Positions 8,090 to 19,390 of a DNA stretch of 64,000 bases are shown here, one piece after another; the stretch's first letter is position 1; every line of letters starts with the position of its first letter. The position numbers and the translations under genes were made by a program. The notes beneath the pieces are model-generated. The model did no database searches and had not been told where the DNA came from. It saw nothing but the letters and a program-made list of their open reading frames with translations. The DNA comes from an uncultured Thermococci archaeon (GTDB taxonomy: Archaea > Methanobacteriota_B > Thermococci > Methanofastidiosales > B48-G16), in contig CAZQQT010000010.1 in the NCBI GenBank assembly GCA_964595645.1, positions 1 to 64,000 of the forward strand, in the 5' to 3' direction.

Positions 8090-8929
8090 ATGAAGGTAGG
8101 ATTTGTACAGTTCAACCCTATATTTGGAGAGAAGGAGAATAACATCGCACGAACGGTGGAACTGATCCGCACTGCACATGATGCGGATCTCCTCGTACTT
8201 CCCGAACTCTGCACTACTGGATATCTATTCGAATCGAGAGAAGAGCTTGCCACAATGGCAGAGCATATTCCAGATGGACCTTCTGTACGCGCATGGATAG
8301 AGGTAACGCAGGAGATGAAGAGGTATATAGTGGCTGGCATTGCCGAAAAAGATGGGAGTTCACTCTACAACTCAGCGGTGCTGATAGGACCATCGGGATA
8401 TATCGGTGTCTACCGGAAATGGCACTTATTTCACAAAGAGAAGAACCTATTCGACCCAGGTAGTGATTCTCTACAGGTGTATGATATCGGAAAAGCAAGA
8501 ATCGGCATCCTCATCTGTTTCGACTGGATTTTTCCAGAAATATCGAGAATTTTTGCACTCAAAGGAGCTGATATTCTCTGTCATCCTGCAAACCTTGTAC
8601 TTCCCTACGCACAGAGAGCAATGCGCACTCGGTCCATCGAAAACCGTGTTTTCACCATTACCGCAAATAGAATTGGTAGTGATGTTCGATCCTTTGGAGA
8701 GCTTCACTTCACTGGGAGGAGTCAGGTTATCAGCCCAGATATGGACGTACTTTGTAGTGCAGGAGAAGAGACAGAAGCGGTGAAAACAACTGAAATCGAT
8801 CCGATGGAGGCACGAGACAACCATGTCACACCCAATAACGATATCTTTGAAGATAGACGGGTGACACTTTACACCGATCTACTTAAAAGGAATGAGCGAT
8901 GTACTGACAACGTAAACGATGCGGAGTAA
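8090..8929 (+). CDS. Carbon-nitrogen hydrolase (nitrilase superfamily)
   Basis: Catalytic triad motifs LPEL, YRKWHL, ICFDW. Confidence 0.93.
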   Translation: MKVGFVQFNPIFGEKENNIARTVELIRTAHDADLLVLPELCTTGYLFESREELATMAEHIPDGPSVRAWIEVTQEMKRYIVAGIAEKDGSSLYNSAVLIGPSGYIGVYRKWHLFHKEKNLFDPGSDSLQVYDIGKARIGILICFDWIFPEISRIFALKGADILCHPANLVLPYAQRAMRTRSIENRVFTITANRIGSDVRSFGELHFTGRSQVISPDMDVLCSAGEETEAVKTTEIDPMEARDNHVTPNNDIFEDRRVTLYTDLLKRNERCTDNVNDAE

Positions 8930-9056
8930 TAAATCACCTAATTCAATAAATATAAGAGAGCAATTATTTTGATCTGATTTTCTTTCCCTCTCTTTAAATT
9001 CAATGAAGATACCTTTTTATAGCACGCTCGACCAAAAATATCACAAGGAGATCACT

Positions 9057-9827
9057 ATGCTCGAAGAAACGACAATATCAAAGATAATAATAAAAGAATA
9101 TATGAATAAATTACTGAATCATCTTGATACAGATGTAGCGATAGCCGGTGCTGGTCCCTCTGGACTCGCGGCGTCTTACTACTTATCCAAAGAAGGGATA
9201 GATACTGTTATTTTTGAGAGAAAGCTGAGTATTGGAGGCGGCATGTGGGGAGGGGGCATGATGTTTAACAAAATCGTCGTCCAGGAAGAAGGGAAGGAAA
9301 TCTTGGATGAGATGGAGATACGGACAAAGGAGGCAAAACAAGGCTACTATGTTGCCGACGCAGTAGAATCTGTCGCGAAACTCCTATCGAAGACTACCTC
9401 TGCAGGAACGACGATTTTTAACCTGGTCACCGTTGAGGACGTAATGGTTAAAGATAAAGGCATTGAGGGACTTGTACTGAACTGGACGGCGGTGGATATG
9501 AGCGGGCTCCATGTCGATCCGCTCACGATAAAAACGAAAAAAGTGATTGATGCGACGGGACATGATTGTGACGTAGTACGCGTCCTGGAGAGGAAGACAG
9601 ACACAAAACTCGATACCAAAACAGGAAAGATCCTTGGAGAACGTCCGATGTGGGCCGAAATAGGGGAGAAAACACTCCTCGATAACACGAAAGAGGTCTA
9701 TCCAAACTTGTATGTTGCAGGTATGGCTGCCAACGCTGTTTTTGGAGCTCCTCGAATGGGTCCAATCTTTGGGGGAATGCTTCTTTCTGGAAAAAAAGTA
9801 GCAGAAGATATAAAAAAGGTGATATGA
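9057..9827 (+). CDS. thi4: Thiazole synthase, sulfide-dependent (His-type) Thi4
   Basis: [41 protein letters not shown]. Start at ATG 9057 after GGAG. Confidence 0.95.
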   Translation: MLEETTISKIIIKEYMNKLLNHLDTDVAIAGAGPSGLAASYYLSKEGIDTVIFERKLSIGGGMWGGGMMFNKIVVQEEGKEILDEMEIRTKEAKQGYYVADAVESVAKLLSKTTSAGTTIFNLVTVEDVMVKDKGIEGLVLNWTAVDMSGLHVDPLTIKTKKVIDATGHDCDVVRVLERKTDTKLDTKTGKILGERPMWAEIGEKTLLDNTKEVYPNLYVAGMAANAVFGAPRMGPIFGGMLLSGKKVAEDIKKVI

Positions 9828-11068
9828 AGATGGAAATTCCAGAAGGGATAGAAAAACTCGCAGAAGAGGAAGAGATAGAAAAAGAAAGATTGAGAAGATA
9901 TATAGAGAAAGGAAAAGTCGTAGTATTGAAAAATACCGATCACGAGATAGATCCCGTACTTATCGGTAAGGATCTCCGCGTGAAGGTAAACGCGAATATC
10001 GGCACCTCCAGATACTTTGGCTGTATGGAGACGGAGAGAGAAAAAGCTCAGATTGCAGAGAAGTATGGAGCAGATACAATAATGGATCTGAGCACAGGGG
10101 GTGATCTCGACAAGATACGGCGGGAAATAATACAGACCGTCTCAATTCCTATCGGTACTGTTCCCATATATCAGGCTGCCGAGAAACAGCTGGAAGAAGG
10201 GAGAGCGATTGTTGAGATGAGCGAGGATGATATATTCAATACCATCGAAAAACATCTCAAGGATGGAGTCGACTTTATCACAGTCCACACAGGGGTAACT
10301 CAGAGAACAATAGAAAAATTACGAGAGCGGGTGTGCAATGTAGTATCCAGAGGAGGATCCTTCCTAGCGGCATGGATGCTCTATAATGAGAAGGAAAATC
10401 CATTGTATAAGGATTACGACTATCTTCTGGAGATTGCGAAGGAGTACAACGCGGTACTCAGTCTTGGAGATGGCCTCAGGCCTGGCTGTCTCGCGGATGC
10501 AACGGACTTCTCCCAGCTTGCCGAGCTCTATACGCTTGGCGATCTCGTGAGAAAGGCCCGAGACCACGGTGTCCAAGCTATGGTAGAGGGTCCCGGCCAC
10601 GTACCGATCGATCAAGTAGAGGCGAATGTATTGCTGGAGAAGAAGATATGTGATGGTGCGCCCTTCTATGTTCTCGGCCCGCTGGTCACTGATATATCTA
10701 TGGGGTACGATCACATCGCAGGCGCGATAGGGGGAGCGTTGGCCGCACTTGCCGGTGCAGATTTCCTCTGTTACGTTACACCGGCCGAACATCTTGCTCT
10801 TCCAACAGCCGATGATGTGAAGGAAGGAGTGATCGCGTCAAAAATCGCTGCGCACTCTGTAAATCTCCTGAAAAAAACCAAGTCCTTTGAAAAAGACATG
10901 AAGGTCGCAAAGGGACGACGAAATTTGGACTGGGAAGAACAGATACAGCACACCATCGATCCTGAACTCGCAGCTTCTATCAGGGAAGAGCGGTCCAGAG
11001 ATACCGATACGTGTAGCATGTGCGGTGATCTTTGTGCGATAAAACTCTTAAAGGAGGCTTTGAAATAG
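9824..11068 (+). CDS. thiC: Phosphomethylpyrimidine synthase
   Basis: [54 protein letters not shown]. Confidence 0.97.
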   Translation: MKMEIPEGIEKLAEEEEIEKERLRRYIEKGKVVVLKNTDHEIDPVLIGKDLRVKVNANIGTSRYFGCMETEREKAQIAEKYGADTIMDLSTGGDLDKIRREIIQTVSIPIGTVPIYQAAEKQLEEGRAIVEMSEDDIFNTIEKHLKDGVDFITVHTGVTQRTIEKLRERVCNVVSRGGSFLAAWMLYNEKENPLYKDYDYLLEIAKEYNAVLSLGDGLRPGCLADATDFSQLAELYTLGDLVRKARDHGVQAMVEGPGHVPIDQVEANVLLEKKICDGAPFYVLGPLVTDISMGYDHIAGAIGGALAALAGADFLCYVTPAEHLALPTADDVKEGVIASKIAAHSVNLLKKTKSFEKDMKVAKGRRNLDWEEQIQHTIDPELAASIREERSRDTDTCSMCGDLCAIKLLKEALK

Positions 11069-12396
11069 TTGCACTGACCATTGCGGGATTCGATCCCGTT
11101 GCAGGAGCTGGAATTCAGGCTGATATTAAGACCTTCCATGCGTTCAATGTATACGCTACCTCTGTAGTGACCACAATTGTCGTGCAGAACACACAGGGTG
11201 TTATCGAACGAATAGATCTTCCTCACAAAGATGTGGAAAAACAGCTGGAGGCTGTATTTTCTGATATAGATATTGACGTTGTAAAAGTAGGTGTCCTCCC
11301 AACAAAAGAGACCGCAATGATAGTGAAACAATTTATTGAGGGCTGTGACACGGTTATCTTTGATCCAGTTCTTTTCTCAACAAGCGGATATTCACTGGTG
11401 GAGCGGGATGCTCTTGACTACATACGGTCAACCTTTCTCACCAACCTTTTCTTAATTACACCAAACACAAAGGAAGCCGGGATATTGACGGACATGCAGA
11501 TATCTTCTGAAAGGGATAGAAGAAAAGCATGTGAAATGTTGCATGAAAAGGGGACCAACAATGTGCTTATCACAGGCGGGGATCGCAATCAGGCAGATCT
11601 TTTATACGATGGGACATGTTTCTCTGAATACAAAATCGAAAAAGTAGAAAAATCAGTCCATGGAACAGGATGCACTTTTTCTTCTGCGATTGCAGCGAAC
11701 TTAGCTCGGGGAGAAGACCTGCTTACTGCTGTGGACAAAGCAAAAAAGTACATGACAGCAGCCATCAGCACATCCATTGCGCCAGGGAAAGGGTACAACC
11801 TCATCGATCATTTCTATAGTTTTAAAAGAGAGGCAGAACGGTACCATGTAGTACAAATGCTCAAAAAGGCTTATAATCTCCTTAAATGTGAAAATATCTA
11901 TTGTTTGATACCTGAGGTGCAGTCAAACCTCGTGTACGCACTTTCATATGCGGAGACACCGAACGACGTTGCAGGATTTCCAGGAAGGATTGTCCGCGCC
12001 GGAAAAAAAATCAAGGCAGTAGAATGTCCAGAATTTGGCGCCTCAAAACATATAGCTCGGCTCGTACTCGCAGTGATGGACTACGACGCAGCGATACGAT
12101 CTGCGATGAATATAAAATATTCTGAGGCGATAGTAGATACCTACAAAGAGCTGGACTACAGTATTTCATTTATTGACAGGAAAAAAGAACCTGAACCGAT
12201 AAAAAGGGAAGAGGGAAAATCGTTGAAGTGGGAGGCTGAGGAGGCTGTAAAATCCACGGGGAAGATTCCCGATATTCTCTATGATACTGGCGGTATTGGG
12301 AAGGAGCCGATGGTTCGTGTCTTTGGAAAAACACCAAAGGATGTTGCCAAAAAAGTTATACAGATACACAGAGCACTGGAGCATAACTCCACATAG
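11032..12396 (+). CDS. thiDN: Bifunctional HMP/HMP-P kinase and thiamine-phosphate synthase (ThiD-ThiN fusion)
   Basis: LTIAGFDP..GAGIQAD and HGTGC (ThiD); IPEVQSN, PGRI, GASKHIA, GKEPM (ThiN). Start codon uncertain. Confidence 0.93.
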   Translation: MCDKTLKGGFEIVALTIAGFDPVAGAGIQADIKTFHAFNVYATSVVTTIVVQNTQGVIERIDLPHKDVEKQLEAVFSDIDIDVVKVGVLPTKETAMIVKQFIEGCDTVIFDPVLFSTSGYSLVERDALDYIRSTFLTNLFLITPNTKEAGILTDMQISSERDRRKACEMLHEKGTNNVLITGGDRNQADLLYDGTCFSEYKIEKVEKSVHGTGCTFSSAIAANLARGEDLLTAVDKAKKYMTAAISTSIAPGKGYNLIDHFYSFKREAERYHVVQMLKKAYNLLKCENIYCLIPEVQSNLVYALSYAETPNDVAGFPGRIVRAGKKIKAVECPEFGASKHIARLVLAVMDYDAAIRSAMNIKYSEAIVDTYKELDYSISFIDRKKEPEPIKREEGKSLKWEAEEAVKSTGKIPDILYDTGGIGKEPMVRVFGKTPKDVAKKVIQIHRALEHNST

Positions 12397-12424
12397 AATA
12401 TACTGAGACGGTACAGGATGAAAA

Positions 12425-13777
12425 ATGAACAAAAAAGAAATACGACTTGAATCAGATAACACGCTATCGCTACTTATTCGGCTTTCCATTCCCGGTATCA
12501 TCTCAATGTTTGTGCAGGCGCTGTACAACATCGTTGATAGTATTTATATCGGGCATGTGAGTAAGGAGGCTTTAACCGCGCTTTCTTTGGCATTTCCTAT
12601 ACAGATAATACTCATTGCCATTGCTGTAGGTACAGGCATCGGCGTGACATCACTCATCTCTAGACGTATTGGAGAAGAAAAGATATCTAACGCTTCAAAT
12701 GTCGCTGAACACGGTCTTTTCATATCAATTATCTATGGCATCATTGGCTGTGTTGTGGGACTCTGGTTTGCAGAGGAGATACTCTCATTTTTTACCAACG
12801 ATCCACTACTGATACAACTCGGTTCACAGTACATACGTGTCATTCTTATTGGAACGACAGCTCTCTCTATCCCTATCATATCGAACAATATTCTCCGGGG
12901 GGAAGGAAACACTGTTGCTCCCATGATTGCAATGCTCATCGGATCTGTTCTAAACATGGTGTTGGATCCATTTATTATCTTCGGACTGTGGATTTTTCCT
13001 CGTCTGGAGATAGAAGGCGCCGCTATCGCTACAGTATTTTCGAGAATTATGAGTGGTGCATTTGTCCTATTTATTCTTTTTAAAGGAGATAATTTACTTA
13101 AACCAAAATTAAGGGACTTCAAGCCCGATTTTTCTATTGCAAAAGAGATATACAGAGTAGGTCTTCCTTCAATGATCATGCAGTTTCTCTCTTCCATTAT
13201 GATCGGCACGATGAATATTATCCTGGCCACATACTCGACAGTTGCCATTGCCGTGATGGGTGTATATTTCAGGCTTCAGTCCTTTGTGTTTATGCCTGTT
13301 TTTGGACTCACCCAGGGATATATGCCTATTATTGGGTATAACTATGGTCATAAAAAACCGAAGAGAATTAAGCAGACCTCCACCTACGGATTTACAATCG
13401 CTTTTGCATTTACGCTCATAGGATTTATCATTTTTCAGTTATTCCCTAAAAAGCTCATCGTATTGTTCAACGACAGTCCAGAGATGGTAGCCATCGGTAC
13501 CCATGCGTTACAGGCAATAAGCTACCTATATCTCGTTGTTGGATTTTCAATCATTGCTTCCGTCACCTTTCAGGCCTTTGGCATGGGATTTCGGAGTCTT
13601 TTAATTTCACTGTTACGACAGATCGTGCTCCTTCTCCCTCTTGCCTATGTGCTGGGAGAGGTAGGAGGCTTGGACCTCGTGTGGTATGCGTTTCCCATTG
13701 CAGAGGGTATTGCATTTTGTGTCATTATTCTCTGGTTCCGATCAACGTTGCAGAAGATACTGCAGCAGTTTCAGTAG
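12425..13777 (+). CDS. MATE family efflux transporter
   Basis: QALYNIVDSIYIG, LRGEGN, NMVLDP, GAAIATV, GYNYG. Confidence 0.95.
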   Translation: MNKKEIRLESDNTLSLLIRLSIPGIISMFVQALYNIVDSIYIGHVSKEALTALSLAFPIQIILIAIAVGTGIGVTSLISRRIGEEKISNASNVAEHGLFISIIYGIIGCVVGLWFAEEILSFFTNDPLLIQLGSQYIRVILIGTTALSIPIISNNILRGEGNTVAPMIAMLIGSVLNMVLDPFIIFGLWIFPRLEIEGAAIATVFSRIMSGAFVLFILFKGDNLLKPKLRDFKPDFSIAKEIYRVGLPSMIMQFLSSIMIGTMNIILATYSTVAIAVMGVYFRLQSFVFMPVFGLTQGYMPIIGYNYGHKKPKRIKQTSTYGFTIAFAFTLIGFIIFQLFPKKLIVLFNDSPEMVAIGTHALQAISYLYLVVGFSIIASVTFQAFGMGFRSLLISLLRQIVLLLPLAYVLGEVGGLDLVWYAFPIAEGIAFCVIILWFRSTLQKILQQFQ

Positions 13778-14892
13778 AGTTCTCTGATCTCTTTCTGCGG
13801 ATGTGAGAGTAGTGTTGCCCTTTTCTTCACCACAATATCATCCTCAAGTCCTAGATTCACATCTCCGCGAATGGTAGGCTCAATGGTGAATACATTCCCT
13901 TTTCGAAGTTTTTTTACCGCGTTTTCTTTGTACCGTTCCCAGCGTGGAGCAAGAATACAGCCGCCGTCATGGACGTTCCTCCCTATCTGGTGGCCCAGAC
14001 CGTGGTTATACTCGGGATACCCGTTCTCCACGATGATATTTCGTGCTACCGTGTCGATTTCATACCCTTTTTTTCCCGGTGCGATCGCATCAATACTTTT
14101 GTCTTGTGCTTTTCGGATTGTGTTAAATACTTTTTTCATTTTTTCTGGCGGCGTACCACCGTAAAAGAACACACGCTGGATATCAGAGCAGTAACCCTTA
14201 TAGTTCACGCCAAAATCGATATGTATCGACTCTTTTTTCTTTAGTTTTTTCTCAGAGGATATTCGATGTCCCAGTTCCGTTTCTAACCCAAAGGTGACAG
14301 CTGGCTCATCCCATGCCAACCCGCACCCCTTCCTCTCTGCCATCTCCGTCATTTTCATGAGTATCTCCCGCTCGGTGATCCCCTGCGTAACCATCTCAGG
14401 CAAGGCGTCAAATATCTCTTCGGTGATTTTCACTGCCTCTCGAATTCTTTTTATCTCATCTCCTGTTTTTATTGACCGAAGTTCCTCCAAAAAGATCTCA
14501 GAAGAGTGAATTTCTGGCTGAAGACCCATATCTTTCAGTAACTCCTGAAATTTTAAGAACAGTCCATGTGTGAGTGAATCAACAGTATGGTCATGTTTTG
14601 AGAAGTTTAGATAGATCTTCTCAGGCACGATTTCTTGGAGGATATCTGGGAGTACTTCTTTTATCCCTTTATCGTATGTTACAATCTCCATACCCTCTAC
14701 TCTGTCTTTATCGTAGCTCGCCACCACTGCGACCTTTCTATTTCTTGTCAAAATAAAGGCAGATTCACCAATAAATTCTTTTTCTAAAAGTAATTCTATT
14801 GTATTTTCCTTTCCTTCTCTCAGTAGAATTACCCAACAATCTATTTCCTTCTCCTCTAATATTTTCGTAGCCTGTGCAATTTTCGATTTCAT
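13771..14892 (-). CDS. Xaa-Pro aminopeptidase (M24B)
   Basis: IDFG..YKGYCSDIQR, HGLGHQIG..VHD, TIEP, GLEDD. Start re-called to ATG 14892, overlapping the upstream stop. Confidence 0.92.
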   Translation of the reverse strand: MKSKIAQATKILEEKEIDCWVILLREGKENTIELLLEKEFIGESAFILTRNRKVAVVASYDKDRVEGMEIVTYDKGIKEVLPDILQEIVPEKIYLNFSKHDHTVDSLTHGLFLKFQELLKDMGLQPEIHSSEIFLEELRSIKTGDEIKRIREAVKITEEIFDALPEMVTQGITEREILMKMTEMAERKGCGLAWDEPAVTFGLETELGHRISSEKKLKKKESIHIDFGVNYKGYCSDIQRVFFYGGTPPEKMKKVFNTIRKAQDKSIDAIAPGKKGYEIDTVARNIIVENGYPEYNHGLGHQIGRNVHDGGCILAPRWERYKENAVKKLRKGNVFTIEPTIRGDVNLGLEDDIVVKKRATLLSHPQKEIRELY

Positions 14893-15437
14893 AGTTTCTC
14901 TCTCCAGAGCGTGAAGGCTATCACTACCATCCACAGGCAGATAAAAAACGCTCCGATTGTTTCTGATATAGCAACACCATCCCACTGTGGTACCAGTGCG
15001 AGCACCAGTCCAAGAAAGGCATCCCCCACAGAAAAAATCCCAATGTTTCTCTTTCTCCGAAAAATAAATATGCCAAAAAGAACGATAGCAATGAATCCGA
15101 GAAAATAAAATCCTACGGAGAAAAATACGTGAGGATCTGTACCTTCAGGGAATACGCCAATACAAACCAGAAACATCGATGCGAGCGCAAGGACAAGTGC
15201 AGAAATTTTTTCATATTGTTTCACTTCCCGATATAGTCCAATGGAAAAGAGAGTACCACATATACCAGCGAGGATCAATCCGGTATTGAATATGTAGTTT
15301 TTTTCAAGTCCCACTCTCCCCATATCGCTGAGTGCGTTTCCTGCAAATTCAAAATTGTGGACGTATATCGATGTAGCAATAAATGTACATGCAATAAGAG
15401 GTGATAAAAATCCAAATACCGCGTATTTTCTATCCAT
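14889..15437 (-). CDS. DUF998-like membrane protein
   Basis: NALSDMG, FNTGLI, IGVFPE, H motif; ~5-6 TM helices. Confidence 0.75.
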   Translation of the reverse strand: MDRKYAVFGFLSPLIACTFIATSIYVHNFEFAGNALSDMGRVGLEKNYIFNTGLILAGICGTLFSIGLYREVKQYEKISALVLALASMFLVCIGVFPEGTDPHVFFSVGFYFLGFIAIVLFGIFIFRRKRNIGIFSVGDAFLGLVLALVPQWDGVAISETIGAFFICLWMVVIAFTLWREKL

Positions 15438-15653
15438 ACCTTTTGTTTTGGTGCAGAAATATAAACTTTATGATCCGAGAATAATATCTCTTTATACTAC
15501 GCTACCGAACACGTATACGGACATACAGAGAGCAGTGATTTCATGGATTATTTCCTGAAATATCCAGTAATGTGGATGGTAGAACGAAAGAGTTTTAAAG
15601 ATTAATGAAGATGGGAGATCGCTAGTATAGTATATACTACAGGAGGCAAAAAG

Positions 15654-16205
15654 ATGATGGAGATACGGTTCCATGGACGAGGAGGCCAGGGTGCAGTGAC
15701 AGCTGCAAACATTCTTGCCGAAGCATGTTTCAAAGAAGGCAAGGACGTACAAGCATTTCCCATGTTTGGCGTGGAGAGGAGAGGTGCTCCTGTAACTGCA
15801 TTTCTCAGAGTCGACGAAAAGGAAATACGGATTAAATCACACATTTACAATCCCAATATCGTTGCTGTACTAGATACAACGCTTTTAGAAGCTGTAGATG
15901 TCACCTCAGGCCTCGTAGGTGATGGAATAGTAATAATAAATACTGACAGAGATTTTGAGGAGATTGATCTCAAAGCGAATACAATAGCGTTGGTCGATGC
16001 AACGAAAATAGCCATCGATCATGGACTTGGTAGCAGGGCTACTCCTATTGTCAATACCGCTATTTTGGGCAGTTTTGCCAAGGCAACAGGTATGGTAAAA
16101 ATTGATTCAGTTGTTGATGCCATACTAGAAAAATCACCGGCAAAAGCGGAGGAAAACGCCGCTGCAGCAAAAGAGGCATACGAAAATACGGAGGTGTACA
16201 CATGA
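15654..16205 (+). CDS. 2-oxoacid:ferredoxin oxidoreductase gamma subunit (VOR operon)
   Basis: [25 protein letters not shown]. Confidence 0.93.
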   Translation: MMEIRFHGRGGQGAVTAANILAEACFKEGKDVQAFPMFGVERRGAPVTAFLRVDEKEIRIKSHIYNPNIVAVLDTTLLEAVDVTSGLVGDGIVIINTDRDFEEIDLKANTIALVDATKIAIDHGLGSRATPIVNTAILGSFAKATGMVKIDSVVDAILEKSPAKAEENAAAAKEAYENTEVYT

Positions 16206-16486
16206 GTGAAGATGAAGAGATAGAGTTTGAAACTGCGGATGATATTCCCCCGATGGCCATGACCTCTGGAACGACACTGGTGAGTAAGACAGGGTCATGG
16301 CGGTCAATGAAACCAGTACTTGATAAGGATAAATGCATCAAGTGTGGAACATGCTGGAAATTCTGTCCTAATGGGAATATTTCTCCAAAAGAGTATCCTG
16401 AATGGCATTACGACTACTGCAAAGGCTGCGGCATATGTGCCGAGGAATGTCCCGTTGATGCGATTGAGATGGAGAGAGAGAGGTGA
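16202..16486 (+). CDS. vorD: 2-oxoisovalerate:ferredoxin oxidoreductase delta subunit
   Basis: KTGSWR and two CxxCxxCxxxCP motifs. Confidence 0.85.
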   Translation: MSEDEEIEFETADDIPPMAMTSGTTLVSKTGSWRSMKPVLDKDKCIKCGTCWKFCPNGNISPKEYPEWHYDYCKGCGICAEECPVDAIEMERER

Positions 16487-16491
16487 GTCAC

Positions 16492-17655
16492 ATGCCGGAA
16501 AAGGTCATTTACGGAAATCACGCTGTGTCGTACGGAGCGAGAGATGCACGTGCAGAGGTAATTGCCGCGTATCCTATTACACCACAGACACAGGTGGTCG
16601 AGCTGTTAAGTGAGTTCTGTGCGTCAGGAGAGTTAGACGCGAAATTTATTAAAGTAGAATCTGAACACTCGGCCATGGCTGCGTGTGTCGGCGCATCAGC
16701 AGCCGGAGCGCGAGCGTTTACCGCTACATCCTCTCAAGGATTGGCACTGATGCATGAGATGCTTCACTGGGCTTCAAATGCGAGACATCCAATCGTCATG
16801 GCGAACATTAACAGAGCAATGGGACCACCGTGGAGTATATGGACGGATCAGAACGATTCCATGGCACAGAGAAACACAGGATGGCTACAATTTTACTGCT
16901 GTACGAACCAAGAAGTATACGATACCACACTTCAAGCATTCAAAATATGTGAAAACGACGATGTATTACTCCCCGGAATGCTGATCCTCGACGCATTTGT
17001 TCTTTCACACACTTCTGAAGTTGTCAGCATGCCGCCACAGAAAGAGTTAGACGAATTTTTACCAGCGTACAACGCCAAATATAAACTTGATCTGGACGAT
17101 CCCTGCGCATTTGGGAGTCTTATGTTCCCTGATTGGTATCAAGAACTAAAGTACAAACAGCAAGTCTCAATGGAGAAAGCATTAGATGTAATCGAAGACG
17201 TAGGTAAAGAGTTCGGTGATCGATTTGGACGGTACTATGGACTTGTCGAGGAGTACAGAAATGATGACGCTGATATCATCATTGTGGTAGCAGGTACCAT
17301 TGCACAGACTTCCAAAGACGCTGTTGATACATTGTGCGATGAGGGAATTAATGTGGGGTTAGTGAGAGTGCGATCCTTCAGACCTTTCCCCAAGGAAAAA
17401 CTCAGAGAAACGGCTGCAAGCGCGGATACTCTCATTGTCCTCGATAGAAATCTCTCCTTTGGGAACGAAGGAGCACTGTTCACAGAGACAAAATCCGCAT
17501 TTTACGATAAAGAAGATAAACCTCGTATCTACGGCGTTGTGATAGGTCTCGGAGGCCGGGATGTGAGAATGGAACATATCGTAGACATTGTGAAAAAAGG
17601 AAAGGAAAAGGATTTTTCTACGGACAAAATTAACTGGTGGGGTGTTAAAACATGA
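16492..17655 (+). CDS. vorA: 2-oxoisovalerate:ferredoxin oxidoreductase alpha subunit
   Basis: AAYPITPQT, ESEHSA, TATSSQGLALMHEMLHWA, RAMGPPWSIW; GAGGTGA RBS before ATG 16492. Confidence 0.88.
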   Translation: MPEKVIYGNHAVSYGARDARAEVIAAYPITPQTQVVELLSEFCASGELDAKFIKVESEHSAMAACVGASAAGARAFTATSSQGLALMHEMLHWASNARHPIVMANINRAMGPPWSIWTDQNDSMAQRNTGWLQFYCCTNQEVYDTTLQAFKICENDDVLLPGMLILDAFVLSHTSEVVSMPPQKELDEFLPAYNAKYKLDLDDPCAFGSLMFPDWYQELKYKQQVSMEKALDVIEDVGKEFGDRFGRYYGLVEEYRNDDADIIIVVAGTIAQTSKDAVDTLCDEGINVGLVRVRSFRPFPKEKLRETAASADTLIVLDRNLSFGNEGALFTETKSAFYDKEDKPRIYGVVIGLGGRDVRMEHIVDIVKKGKEKDFSTDKINWWGVKT

Positions 17656-18527
17656 AATGTTCAATACCAAAGGAAGAATTGATGTATGAAGGCACTGTGG
17701 ACTGCCAAGGATGTGGAGCTGGGCATGCAATGCGGTATGCGCTCAAGGCACTGGGTAAAGATACCATGGTAGTAATTCCAGCCTGTTGCTGGAGTATCAT
17801 CGCAGGTCCATTCCCCTACTCAGCACTGCAGGTACCGTTGTACCACACGGCGTTTGAAACAGCGGCTGTTGTAGCCTCAGGAATAAAGGCTGCTCTCGAG
17901 GTAAAAGGTGTCGATGCCGATGTCGTTGCATGGGCTGGGGATGGAGGCACATTTGATATCGGCCTTCAGGCACTGAGCGGTGCCGCAGAACGAAACGATG
18001 ATATTATCTATGTCTGTTATGATAACGAGGCGTACATGAACACGGGAATCCAGCGATCCTCCGCGACACCAGAGTATGCATGGACGACAACAACACCGCG
18101 AAAGTTTCCCAAGGCAAGACCAAAAAAAGATATCGACAGGATACTGGTAGCACATGAGATACCGTACGTTGCCACCGCCAGCGTTGCGTATCCTGAAGAT
18201 TTTGTCAGAAAATTGAAAAAGGCAAAAGATATCAAAGGTACCCGATTCCTCCATGTGCTTGCCCCATGTCCCACAGGGTGGCGATCACTCCCTGAACACA
18301 CAATAAAACTAGCGAGGCTGGCAGTTCAGTCGTGTATATTCCCAGTGTATGAAGTAGAGAATGGAAAGTACACGATCAATATGAAACCAAAGGAGAAGAA
18401 GCCGGTGAATGAGTACCTTAAACTCCAAGGAAGATTTAAACATTTGCAAGAACAAGATGTTGAACGTATACAGAAAGCTACTGACAGAAAATGGGAACGA
18501 ATATTAAAAAAGGAGGATTCTACTTAA
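17652..18527 (+). CDS. vorB: 2-oxoisovalerate:ferredoxin oxidoreductase beta subunit
   Basis: CQGCG, IPACCWSIIAGPFPYS and HTAFET (VorB-type), TPP motif GDG...DNEAYMNTG. Confidence 0.88.
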   Translation: MKCSIPKEELMYEGTVDCQGCGAGHAMRYALKALGKDTMVVIPACCWSIIAGPFPYSALQVPLYHTAFETAAVVASGIKAALEVKGVDADVVAWAGDGGTFDIGLQALSGAAERNDDIIYVCYDNEAYMNTGIQRSSATPEYAWTTTTPRKFPKARPKKDIDRILVAHEIPYVATASVAYPEDFVRKLKKAKDIKGTRFLHVLAPCPTGWRSLPEHTIKLARLAVQSCIFPVYEVENGKYTINMKPKEKKPVNEYLKLQGRFKHLQEQDVERIQKATDRKWERILKKEDST

Positions 18528-18541
18528 TTGGAGGAGATATT

Positions 18542-19111
18542 ATGGAAAAAGAAATAGTTGAAGTGAGATGGCACGGCAGAGGAGGACAGGGTGTCGTTAC
18601 CGCGTCTGAAGCGTTAGCGTCTTCCGCCCTCAAGGAAGACAAGTACATCCAGTCCTTTCCCGAGTTTGGTCCGGAACGGATGGGAGCCCCTATCAAGGCT
18701 TTCACACGGATAAGCGACGGACGGATTGATATCCACAGTCAGGTGTACGATCCCGATGTGGTCGTGGTGTTGGATCCGACGCTACTAGAATCTGTTCCAG
18801 TGGCGGAGGGGCTGCATGACGACGGTATTCTCTTGGTCAATACTGAGCTTTCCGAGGATGAAGTCAGGAAAAAAACAGGATTCAACGGGAAAATTTACGT
18901 GCTGAACGCGACAAAAATTGCAAATGAAACAATTGGAAGACCAATAGCGAATACACCATGCTTGGGTGCCGTTGCAAAGGTGACAGGCCTTGTAAAGAAG
19001 GAGAATATAATTGAGCAAATAAAAAAGATATTTGGAGAAAAACTATCCGAAAAGGCACTCCAAGGAAATATTGACGCGATAAATAGAGCGTATGAGGAAG
19101 TGGTAAAATGA
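18542..19111 (+). CDS. porG: Pyruvate:ferredoxin oxidoreductase gamma subunit
   Basis: EVRWHGRGGQG, FPEFGPERMGAP; GGAGG RBS before ATG 18542. Confidence 0.9.
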   Translation: MEKEIVEVRWHGRGGQGVVTASEALASSALKEDKYIQSFPEFGPERMGAPIKAFTRISDGRIDIHSQVYDPDVVVVLDPTLLESVPVAEGLHDDGILLVNTELSEDEVRKKTGFNGKIYVLNATKIANETIGRPIANTPCLGAVAKVTGLVKKENIIEQIKKIFGEKLSEKALQGNIDAINRAYEEVVK

Positions 19112-19386
19112 AGAAGAAAGGCTGGAAAGAAATTCCGAAAGGAGGTCTCATTTTAGAAGCAGGAAGCTCTGCAAAGTATAAAACAGGAGACTGGCGATCG
19201 GAACGACCAATTCGAGATGATGAAAAGTGCATTCATTGTTTACTCTGCTGGATTTATTGTCCAGATAATGCTATAAAGGTAGAAGATGGAAAAATTAAAG
19301 AAATTGATTACGATTACTGCAAAGGCTGCGGTGTATGTGCGAGAGAATGCCCCGTAGATTGTATAGAAATGAAACCTGAGAGGTGA
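19108..19386 (+). CDS. porD: Pyruvate:ferredoxin oxidoreductase delta subunit
   Basis: YKTGDWR, CIHCLLCWIYCP, YCKGCGVCARECP. Confidence 0.9.
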   Translation: MKKKGWKEIPKGGLILEAGSSAKYKTGDWRSERPIRDDEKCIHCLLCWIYCPDNAIKVEDGKIKEIDYDYCKGCGVCARECPVDCIEMKPER

Positions 19387-19390
19387 TAAA

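Noticed and set aside
8930-9056. TPP riboswitch upstream of thi4
   Set aside because: No GCUGAGA or CUGAU..GGUAAU..CGUAGG core is present.
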